This document shows positions 23,021-33,550 of a stretch of DNA of 36,233 bases, piece by piece. The notes below the pieces were generated by a model, which saw nothing but the letters and a program-made list of their open reading frames with translations, searched no databases and had not been told where the DNA came from. Where the stretch lies: NCBI RefSeq assembly GCF_001194135.2, contig NC_068984.1, positions 92,115,819 through 92,152,051 of the forward strand. The letters are read 5' to 3'. Both the position numbers and the translations under genes were made by a program. Position 1 is the first letter of the stretch. Each line of letters opens with the position of its first letter. The stretch is from Octopus bimaculoides (lineage: Eukaryota).

Positions 23021-23229
23021 GGAGAACGCAATGGCCCAGTGGTTAGGGCAGCGGACTCGCGGTCGTGGGATCGTGGTTTCGATTCCCAGACCGGGCATTG
23101 TGAGTGTTTATTGAACGAAAACACCTAAAACCCTACGAATCTCCGGCAGGAGTTGGTGGTGAACCCTACCGTACTATTTCACCACAAATTTCTCTCACTT
23201 TTACTTCTCGCTTCTGTTGTACCTGTATT
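23021..23229 (+). mobile_element. tRNA(Arg)-like SINE (third family)
   Basis: TGGCCCAGTGG A box, gactcgc anticodon-like loop (TCG), GGTTTCGATTCC B box, followed by a non-tRNA body. Confidence 0.8.
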
Positions 23230-23734
23230 TCCGACACTTCAGTCGCCTTTCTCGACATTTCAGTCAGCATTCATCACTCCACTCTCACTACCTCCATCCA
23301 CTACAAACACGCAAACTCATACTCTTACCTCAACTTCTCCTCGTCCCACCCTAAACACACCAGGCTCTCCATCCTCTATTCCCAATTCGTCCGTCTGTGC
23401 ACGCTCTGCAGTGACAACCATGACTTTGAGACTCAGTCTCAATTCATGGTTCGCCACTTCACCCTACGTGGATATCCCCTCACCACTATCCACACCGTCC
23501 CTACCAGAGCATGTTCCATGGACCGTGCATCTGCTCTCTCGCCACGCCGTCACCCGTCTCCTGTTTCCCCTCACCTCCCACCCCATCACCCTACCTCTCC
23601 AACGCTCCATTCTCCTAACGGCGACTCCAGTCCGACCCCTCCACTTCACACATCTTCCCTAACCGACTCCTCCCCTCCTTCAAACGAGCCCACATCCTAC
23701 GAGACCTCTTGGTCCACAGCTTCTTTCCTGACCC
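23230..23734 (+). pseudogene. PLE RT thumb/linker fragment
   Basis: AFLDISVS...TTSIHYK...YSYLNFSSSHPKHTRLSILYSQFVRLCTLCS...RGYP. Runs into a gap. Confidence 0.85.
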
Positions 23735-24535
23735 NNNNNNNNNNNNNNNNNNNNNNNNNNNNNNNNNNNNNNNNNNNNNNNNNNNNNNNNNNNNNNNNNN
23801 NNNNNNNNNNNNNNNNNNNNNNNNNNNNNNNNNNNNNNNNNNNNNNNNNNNNNNNNNNNNNNNNNNNNNNNNNNNNNNNNNNNNNNNNNNNNNNNNNNNN
23901 NNNNNNNNNNNNNNNNNNNNNNNNNNNNNNNNNNNNNNNNNNNNNNNNNNNNNNNNNNNNNNNNNNNNNNNNNNNNNNNNNNNNNNNNNNNNNNNNNNNN
24001 NNNNNNNNNNNNNNNNNNNNNNNNNNNNNNNNNNNNNNNNNNNNNNNNNNNNNNNNNNNNNNNNNNNNNNNNNNNNNNNNNNNNNNNNNNNNNNNNNNNN
24101 NNNNNNNNNNNNNNNNNNNNNNNNNNNNNNNNNNNNNNNNNNNNNNNNNNNNNNNNNNNNNNNNNNNNNNNNNNNNNNNNNNNNNNNNNNNNNNNNNNNN
24201 NNNNNNNNNNNNNNNNNNNNNNNNNNNNNNNNNNNNNNNNNNNNNNNNNNNNNNNNNNNNNNNNNNNNNNNNNNNNNNNNNNNNNNNNNNNNNNNNNNNN
24301 NNNNNNNNNNNNNNNNNNNNNNNNNNNNNNNNNNNNNNNNNNNNNNNNNNNNNNNNNNNNNNNNNNNNNNNNNNNNNNNNNNNNNNNNNNNNNNNNNNNN
24401 NNNNNNNNNNNNNNNNNNNNNNNNNNNNNNNNNNNNNNNNNNNNNNNNNNNNNNNNNNNNNNNNNNNNNNNNNNNNNNNNNNNNNNNNNNNNNNNNNNNN
24501 NNNNNNNNNNNNNNNNNNNNNNNNNNNNNNNNNNA

Positions 24536-24615
24536 CACCACCACACCACACACCACATCACCACACCACACACCACCACACCACACACCACCATAGCACA
24601 CCACACCACATCACA
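24536..24615. repeat. (CACCA)n pentanucleotide repeat
   Basis: Direct run. Confidence 0.9.
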
Positions 24616-24859
24616 CCACTCTGCATGCACGAGCACTGACAAATTCCCAGCACTCACACCATCACCCACACTAGCACTGACCACTTCGCAGCACCTACAC
24701 CATCATCCAAACACCTACACAAGCATACATGCACACGTCAATGTCACCAGCCCCCTTCCACATGCACATACACGCTCTCACATACACACGCACGCTCACC
24801 TTCGTTTTGGGATCACCACTACTTTATTATCTCCCCTTCTTCTTAGCTCTCCTGTGTGA

Positions 24860-25075
24860 CCCTTCTGTCCGGCATTCGCCACGATAGATCGCTAGCCACT
24901 ATAAATTTTTCTATTTTCTCTCCCTGTTTATTTCTGTGTTCCTTTCTGTCGAAGAACGTAGGCTCGAAACGCAAAAGACTTTCTCACTTCCCGAGCGTTA
25001 AGCTAATACACCTGTTTGTTGTTTACACACCCGTCTTCGTCTTTTTTTATTTTGTAAATTCTCACTATATATAAA
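24860..25075 (+). mobile_element. Probable PLE 3' terminus carrying a variant HHR motif (24942-24977)
   Basis: CTTT|CTGTCGA A GAAC GTAG GCTC|GAAACGCA|AAAG, downstream of the PLE fragment and ending in a T-rich/TA tail. Confidence 0.5.
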
Positions 25076-25163
25076 ATATAATGTGTCTTGAATGGCACAA
25101 CGATGCACTATAATAGCAACAATGGACTATAATAACTTATAATTTGATTATCCTAATGTAATA

Positions 25164-25266
25164 TATAGATGTTTTCGATCTAGTTTGGATTCTTTGTCAT
25201 CAAATTTGAATTCTTTGCCATGAAATTTCATTGCAAAGAATCCAAACTAGATCGAAAACATCTATA
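25164..25266. repeat. Foldback with perfect 33-bp arms and a partly palindromic spacer
   Basis: 25164-25196 is the reverse complement of 25234-25266. Confidence 0.95.
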
Positions 25267-25539
25267 ATAATAATATTTAGGAATACAAAAATTCCTTCTT
25301 CAGATATCGCTAGGAATTGTTCAAGTCACTGCTACAATCGTTTTTCCAACGGTTACTGAATTTTTTGTTTTGCAGGAAGCGTCTCTGCATTGTTCTCACG
25401 AAGCTCCTTCTGGAATTCCTCATGAAAAGTGCATGAGCGGCTATATCTCAAGCTCGTATGTGTTGGCACATCCACAGCGCTGCATCTAAGTTATGTATTA
25501 TACGTGCATTTTTTCCCTCTTTTTTTTTAATAATACATG

Positions 25540-26190
25540 CTTCCTTAAAATGCCCTATTTTAGCGAGAGGATAACTACAGCCATCCGAAGAGCCATAAGA
25601 AGAGAAAGACTAGACATACTCCGGCCCCTCACTGAGAAGACACCAAACGAAGAAACGAGCAAGGGACTGCAATCAATGCACACTAGCAAACTGCCCCATC
25701 CGTGAATCCATATTCATGCCAACGGGTAAATATTGTGTATAGAATACAATATAACAAATGCAACAAGTTCTATGTGGGTACCACAACAAGACCGTTACAC
25801 ATTCGCATCAAAGAACATCTGAACACGAGAGCCTCCTTCAGAAAACATCTAGGCAGATGTCGAAACACCGACGAAAGCATGACAGTCACAATTGAGCCCA
25901 ATGAAAGAAATTTGGGTAATCTAAGAATTAAGGAAGCTATCCTCATGGACAGACTAGAGCCCCAAATTAACAACAGGCTAGAGGTTGGCAATCAATATAT
26001 TATTTAGCTATATCTGGATGCGTGTAGGTTCATTTTTGATAACATGCTCATGTATTATTTAAAAAACGAAACTGCACCCATAATACATAACTTATAAGCA
26101 AATGTTTATATACATACATATATTGTTAAAGTCTGTCATACCGGCCATGACGAAGGGAAATAACCCTGAAACTCGAGTCGCCTTTATATA
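25540..26190 (+). mobile_element. 5'-truncated PLE (GIY-YIG end plus 3' UTR with HHR)
   Basis: FLKMPYFSERIT; NIVYRIQYNKCNKFYVGTTTRPLHIRIKEH...NLRIKEAILM...PQIN, stop at 26005-26007; HHR downstream. Confidence 0.85.
26143..26182 (+). ncRNA. Minimal type-I hammerhead motif with one extra A in the core
   Basis: GGC|C(A)TGACGA|AGGG aaataa CCCT|GAAAC TCGA GTC|GCC. Confidence 0.75.
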
Positions 26191-26721
26191 TATATATATT
26201 TATATTTATATATTTATATATTTGATCCTTTATATTGAACACTCAATATTTCATCTACATTCAATACTTTCTTTCATGGTGCCATCCATTTTTATTTTAT
26301 TTTATTTTATATTGTATATTGTATATTATATTATATATTGTATATTCCATATTCTATACCCCACATTAGTTCTGCAGGAATATAAATAAAACATAAAAAA
26401 CAGACAGTGTTGGAACTCTTTTAAACAAAATAATATATTCCTCTATACACAATCATACAAAAAAACCCACCTTTTTTGTATTTATTTTTACTCGCATATA
26501 TATATATATATATATATATACACGCATATATACATATATATATATGCAAACGTATAAATATACACTCACTCAGATATATTCAGATTTTACATATAGGTGG
26601 ACATGTACATACATAGAACAATATACATGCCTATGTAAATATACATATTAAAATATGCATCCCTAGATTTATACAGATATGCATACATATGTGTGTATAT
26701 ACTTACCAAAATATAAGCACG

Positions 26722-26757
<36 letters not shown>

Positions 26758-28235
26758 TACATACACATACATATCTGAATATAGCAAATATTTATACGGA
26801 ATAGAAGCATAATGGTGTAAGCAAATACCTGATCCATAATGCAAAATAGTAAACACTTCTATTTGAACCTGCCAATTGGATTATAAAAATAAAGTTAATG
26901 TGTCATGTATAAAATAAAAGGTAATAACATCTAAGATAGAAGCAAACAAGAGTGCGAGGTTTTGAGGTGTAGAATTATAGAGCCAAGGCGCTCATTAGAG
27001 GGTAATAACTTCAATAATATATAAAATAGTTCAGGCATTAAATGAGTATAATAGATTGGAATGTTATACATCAATGTGTAAGAAGTATTTTTACAAATAA
27101 CAGAATGTCTAAATATGGTCTGGTATTCATTATCTCTCTCATTATCTATCACTAAATTGAAACCAAATTATAGCTAACCAAGCTAGGGAATTGCCGAATT
27201 GCTTTGATGTAAGTTACAAAGTTTATTAATGTAGGTGTAATAATTAAGTGTAAGTTTAGGTATACATATATATANNNNNNNNNNNNNNNNNNNNNNNNNN
27301 NNNNNNNNNNNNNNNNNNNNNNNNNNNNNNNNNNNNNNNNNNNNNNNNNNNNNNNNNNNNNNNNNNNNNNNNNNNNNNNNNNNNNNNNNNNNNNNNNNNN
27401 NNNNNNNNNNNNNNNNNNNNNNNNNNNNNNNNNNNNNNNNNNNNNNNNNNNNNNNNNNNNNNNNNNNNNNNNNNNNNNNNNNNNNNNNNNNNNNNNNNNN
27501 NNNNNNNNNNNNNNNNNNNNNNNNNNNNNNNNNNNNNNNNNNNNNNNNNNNNNNNNNNNNNNNNNNNNNNNNNNNNNNNNNNNNNNNNNNNNNNNNNNNN
27601 NNNNNNNNNNNNNNNNNNNNNNNNNNNNNNNNNNNNNNNNNNNNNNNNNNNNNNNNNNNNNNNNNNNNNNNNNNNNNNNNNNNNNNNNNNNNNNNNNNNN
27701 NNNNNNNNNNNNNNNNNNNNNNNNNNNNNNNNNNNNNNNNNNNNNNNNNNNNNNNNNNNNNNNNNNNNNNNNNNNNNNNNNNNNNNNNNNNNNNNNNNNN
27801 NNNNNNNNNNNNNNNNNNNNNNNNNNNNNNNNNNNNNNNNNNNNNNNNNNNNNNNNNNNNNNNNNNNNNNNNNNNNNNNNNNNNNNNNNNNNNNNNNNNN
27901 NNNNNNNNNNNNNNNNNNNNNNNNNNNNNNNNNNNNNNNNNNNNNNNNNNNNNNNNNNNNNNNNNNNNNNNNNNNNNNNNNNNNNNNNNNNNNNNNNNNN
28001 NNNNNNNNNNNNNNNNNNNNNNNNNNNNNNNNNNNNNNNNNNNNNNNNNNNNNNNNNNNNNNNNNNNNNNNNNNNNNNNNNNNNNNNNNNNNNNNNNNNN
28101 NNNNNNNNNNNNNNNNNNNNNNNNNNNNNNNNNNNNNNNNNNNNNNNNNNNNNNNNNNNNNNNNNNNNNNNNNNNNNNNNNNNNNNNNNNNNNNNNNNNN
28201 NNNNNNNNNNNNNNNNNNNNNNNNNNNNNNNNNNN

Positions 28236-28264
<29 letters not shown>

Positions 28265-28268
<4 letters not shown>

Positions 28269-29110
28269 AAGATTTGTATTTAAGGTGCTGGCATCTTACA
28301 ATCAATTCATCATACTGATAAATAATATTCAATGCAATTTTATTAATATGAAATGCCTCGGATACACAGAGCCCACACCAACCATCAACACCTTTATATG
28401 GTTGTGCATTACATATAAAAAACCAAGTAATTATAAATTCAATCCTATTACAAGTGAGAGAATGTACGAATTTAGGTAGAGATGTACTATTAGCATTATC
28501 ATTATGTCTAAATGCAGATTTGTGGTTATTCCAGCGAAGGTTGAATGAGGAAGAGTACGCATCAATATAAACTTGTTATTTGCCAAGTGCAGTGATAGAG
28601 AACTTACACATTACATTTTGTCTAAGGCACTTGTTATCAACGGAGCACAATGAATTATTACGAAAGAACAAGATTAGCCAGATTATTAGTAGGTATGATG
28701 GGTTTAGCTTGACTATCAGTAATAGTATTATTATTGAAATCAGGTACTTCATTATATTGATTATTTGCAGTAGATTTTGTACTGTAGTTTTTTAGGTGGC
28801 TAGAAGTTGTAGCATTAGATGGACGGTCAGTTGCTTTAGTATTATAAGTTGCTCAGTTTAACGGCTAAATCTTGTTATACATTCAGCAATATTAGGCATG
28901 GTAAAGCACGCCAGTTTAACCGTATGTCTATTGTAGATTTTATGATACGGGCTAGAGTAAGGGAAGTGTTTATCTAATGCTTGAAAAAATGTTCTAGCCA
29001 TATTATTAGAAGCAATATTTAGACTGAAGATGGTGGGCACAAAATATTGTTATGCAAACTATTTTTGTTCTTTTAATGTTTTTTTAAGTTTATTCGGGTT
29101 AGATGTAGTG
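28265..29110 (-). mobile_element. Decayed Neptune-type PLE (linker plus GIY-YIG)
   Basis: Minus strand: FFQALDKHFP..KIYNRHTVKL...MPNI, SCS.RNNSLCSVDNKC, YIDAYSSSFNLRWNNHKSAFR, AQPYK...CGLCVSEAFHI, DELIVRCQHLKYK. Confidence 0.8.
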
Positions 29111-29193
29111 GGGCCTAAAGAAATTTGGCTATTATGGCAATTATTCGCAATCATATTACCTGATTTAACCATACGACTACTAATTTCATTATA

Positions 29194-29195
29194 TC

Positions 29196-29266
<71 letters not shown>

Positions 29267-29288
29267 TGATGATGATGATGATGATGAT
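29194..29288. repeat. (AAT)n then (GAT)n microsatellite
   Basis: Direct runs. Confidence 0.95.
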
Positions 29289-29602
29289 ACCGCAGCGAAT
29301 AGCAAGTAGCATGGACGTGTGACAGCGAGCTGCCGGGAAGATTAGATCAAATCTGAAACCATCACGAACCAGGAATTAAGAATCCACAAGAACAATGTAA
29401 GCCATCTCAGGAAACTGGAGTATATATTATATACAAAAGAAAAGAAGAAAAAATAACTTCCCTCAGATGCGTCGCCACATCAAGACGTGCGTGAAAATGT
29501 AAACCCATGGATTGCAATATTTCAATACGAAAACTGCAAATTTGTGAGTAGAATATTAAATTTAATATTTTAGTTACATATACATCCATATTCATACAAG
29601 AC

Positions 29603-29607
29603 CTCTC

Positions 29608-29674
<67 letters not shown>

Positions 29675-29794
29675 NNNNNNNNNNNNNNNNNNNNNNNNNN
29701 NNNNNNNNNNNNNNNNNNNNNNNNNNNTCCTCTCTCTCTCTCCCTCTCCCTCTCGCTCCCTCTTCCTCTCTCTCTCCCTCTCCCTCTCTCTCTC

Positions 29795-29800
<6 letters not shown>
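29603..29800. repeat. (CT)n polypyrimidine microsatellite (gapped)
   Basis: Direct runs. Confidence 0.95.
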
Positions 29801-29825
<25 letters not shown>

Positions 29826-30367
29826 ATATATTTGCACATTGCTGTCTCTTCTCGGTCTCTCGCTTACACATCAATAATAATTATGAACACGAAAGAAACA
29901 TCTACACATGTCAATGAACGTAAAAACGAAACCATAACAAAACCAAAGAAGGATAGACTAGAACAGGCTGAATTGCTTAACCGAAGGGGTGCGAAGATCT
30001 TTTTGTTTCTATGGCTGACCTCTCCCCCACCTGCCGAATCTATTTATAGACCTGTAGTATATGATCTATTCACCAATCTGCTGCCCAACTATTCCACTAC
30101 AATGGTAGTGGTGGTGATAGTGATAATGAAAAAATAAAAATAATGATATGCTGCAGCTGCTGATACTAAAATAATACTACAACTAATACTACAATAATAC
30201 TACAACTACTACTATTATGATAGCACAGGAATCTGAGGCCCAACTACCAACCTTACCACTGCCCCACCCCTGCTACTGTTGCTGTTGCTGTTGCTGCAAC
30301 CAATGCTACTAGTACACATAAAAACAATAATATCAGTGATATCAGTGATGATAATAATAATAATAAT

Positions 30368-33300
30368 GAAAGGAAACGGGTGGAGTCTCCTTATGGGCTA
30401 ATAATGAGACATCTAGCGATGGTGTTACAATAAAATCACTGGTAATTGCGCAACCTGATAATCGCTACCTCATATGAGTGAAAATGAAAGAAAAATATTG
30501 TGAATAACGGTGGTAATGAAACTGAAGATAATGATGGTGACAGTGTTACATCCGGTAGGCTCAGAGATTCTGGTCCGGCTCCAGCCTGTCGATATCCAGA
30601 AAGAGAGCACCACACACGGTGTAGATGGAGCAAACAAATAAATGCTGTGGTCATGGAATGTTATTACCTGAGCAGCCCAGTAGATGAAAATGGTGCTAAA
30701 ATTAGGGGTTACCGACAACGTATGTATGATCATTGGAAAGAAAAGGGATTGTTTCAACTCACGGAACAGAGACTATGTGATCAAGCTAGAGCAATAAGAA
30801 AAAATTGTTGCTTCACAGAAGCAGAACTCGAAGCTATCAAAAGACGGGTCATGGACAATAGCAGCAGAGATAACAATGAAAATAGAGTTCTTACTAATAA
30901 GAGTAATCTCATAGCACAGGAAAGGAGGATAAGAGACATATAGATGATCTAAAAGAAGACGATAAAACTAATAGCAACATGACAGATGAACAAAAAGCAA
31001 TCTACGACAGGATAAAGGTAGAACTATAGGAGAACGATAGCGACATTATTTGCAACCTTAAAAAAGTTGATCGATGGAAATTGAACCAAGAAACGAAAAA
31101 TGTCAATGAATTTTTGAAATACATCAAAACAAACATCACAGAAACAAATAATTTGATCAAAGCAGCAAGCATTGTTGTAGCAGAAAATGTGGGTGTCGTT
31201 GTCAAGAAAAAGAAACATAATGAGAGTGACAAAAGAAAAGATCCATGGTGGAAAAGAAGAATCCAGGCAGGGTTAGACATGCTCTCGAAGAAAATCTCTG
31301 CTGGACCGAAAAGAGAAAGAGGAACTTAAAAGCGAACAAAAATACAGGGCGCTGAAAATGGAGTATAATTTTAAAAGAAAGGACCTGAAATAGTAGTGGA
31401 GGAACTGAAACAGCACCTCGCTGCAAACTAAGCAAAAATGGTAAGATACGATCAAAGAATGAAGGGTTACTACCAGAATAGGTTATTCAGAGTAGACCAG
31501 AAGAGATTCTATAAAGAAATTATACGGAGGGTGTACAGATGAAAAGTTGATACCAGATAACATTGAAAGTCAACGGTTTTGGAGTGACTTCTGGAGCAAA
31601 GACAAGGAGCACAAGAAGGATGCTGAATGGTTGCAAGAACTGAAACAAACAGTAGTCTGTCCAAAACAAGCAGAACTAGTCATTTCAGTTAGGGAAGTGA
31701 AGGAAATCAGCAAAAAAATGAGCAGCTGGAAGGCCCAGGGACCAGATAGAGATCAAGGCTACTGGATCAAAATATTTGGTGAATGTCATGCACGAATAGC
31801 TGCGCAACTCAACACCTTGTTAAATGCCGACCAAGCAACACCAGAGTGGTTGACATTGGGTAGGACAGTGCTGTGCCTGAAAAACATCGAAAAAGGCAAT
31901 ACGGGAGACAATTACAGGCCGATATCCTGTTTGCCACTTATGTGGAAGTTATTGACTGGAACACTTGCAGAGTCAATGTACGAACATGTAGAAAAAAATG
32001 GAGTCCTGCCACATAAGCAGAGTGGTTGCAAGTGTAAGTGCAGAAGTACCAAAGATCAACTCCTGATAGATAAAACTGTACTCAGAGACTGCAAGAGGAG
32101 GAAAAGTGACTTAGCCATGTCATGGATCGATTATCGTAAGGCGTACGATATGATCCCATATTCTTGGATTATGGAGTGTATGATCCTGTTTGGGATTGCA
32201 TCGAATGTTGAGCGATTGCTTGGAAAAAGTATGGTGAATTGGAGGACTGCCCTGACAGCATACGGAAGAAGTTTAAGGACAGTGGAAATTAGGATGGGCA
32301 TCTTCCAAGAGGACTGCCTGTCCCCACTGATCTCTGTACTGTGCTTGATGCCACTGACACTGATTCTGAGGAAAGCAAGAGCTGGGTATGTATTCAAAAG
32401 CCGCCAACAAAAAGTCAACCATTTGTTATTCATGGATGACCTCAAACTTTATGGTAAAGATGAAGCCCAAGTCAGTTCCAACATTGATACGGTGTATACC
32501 TTTAGTGCTGATATCAGAATGGAGTTCGGACTGAGAAAGTGTGGTGTGTTAGTGTTGAAGAGAGGCAAAATCAAATGTATGGACGGAGTAACGCTACCGT
32601 CGGGGGAGGTTATGAAGCAGATAGAAGAGACGGGCTATAAGTACTTGGAGATATTGGAAATGGATAAATTGATGGAGAAAGAAATGACAGAATAATTTAA
32701 GGTGGAGTACTTACGCAGACTAATACTGATCCTTAAGTCAAAATTAAACTGACGGAATAAGATCGAAGCCATCAACACTTGGGCAGTTTCACTCCTTAGA
32801 TATGGAACAGGGGTAATCGCATGGGCAGTAGACGAACTAAACAGCTTAGACAGAACGACAAGGAAGTTGTTAACTAGATATGGGTCACTCCACCCAAAAA
32901 GTGACACAGACAGACTGTAGGTATCAAGAAAAAGAAGGGGAAGAGGATTTATTGGATGCGAACACAGCATTAGAGCAGAGGAAAACAACATAGCATGGTA
33001 TGTAAAAAATGCCACAGAACCACTATTATTATAAGTAGGAAGGTCAGGCTTGTGTAGGATAAAAGGTTGCAAAGTTAAAGCACTATACAAGAAATTGAAA
33101 ACGAAAGAAACTGAAAATAGGTGGGTAAAGAAAAGAATGCATGGTCAATTTGATAGGGATGTTGAAGATAAGACAGACAGAGGAAAAAGATGGCTGTAGA
33201 TGACAAAAAGGGATTTAAAACCGGAAACGGAGGCTCTAATCTGTGCTGCCCAAGAGCAAGCACTAAGAACAAACAACATAAAATACAGAATAGACAACGC

Positions 33301-33550
33301 ATCAGAAAGTGATAAGTGCAGAATCTGTGAATAAAACGGTGAAACCGTATGACATATTACCAGCCAATGTGCACCACTAGCCCAGAAGAGACGCCACAAT
33401 ATAGCCAGGCTTATCCATTGGACACTCTGCAACAAGTATGGACTTGACAGAGCAAAAAATTGGTACAACTACAAACCTGAAGGCATTATCGAAAATAGAA
33501 ATGCAAAGATCGTATGGGATTTTATGATTCAGTGTGACCATGAGATAGAA
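30368..33550 (+). mobile_element. Near-full-length, inactivated R4/Dong-like RLE LINE (3' end missing)
   Basis: N-terminal WSKQINAVVMECYY...GYRQRMYDHW...TEQRLCDQARAI; RT motifs NYRPISCL, WIDYRKAYDMIP, GIFQEDCLSP, HLLFMDDLKLY; Zn-knuckle CRIC...HITSQC; breaks off at WDFMIQCDHEIE. Confidence 0.92.
31547..32695 (+). pseudogene. R4/Dong-type reverse transcriptase ORF fragment (382 aa)
   Basis: Complete ordered RT motifs including FMDD, inside an element broken by stops and frameshifts. Confidence 0.9.

Noticed and set aside
29290-30140. Possible host exon (gtaag donor near 29398) or the 109-aa ORF at 29808-30137
   Set aside because: No acceptor/polypyrimidine context for the exon, stops in the candidate frames, and no recognisable protein motif.
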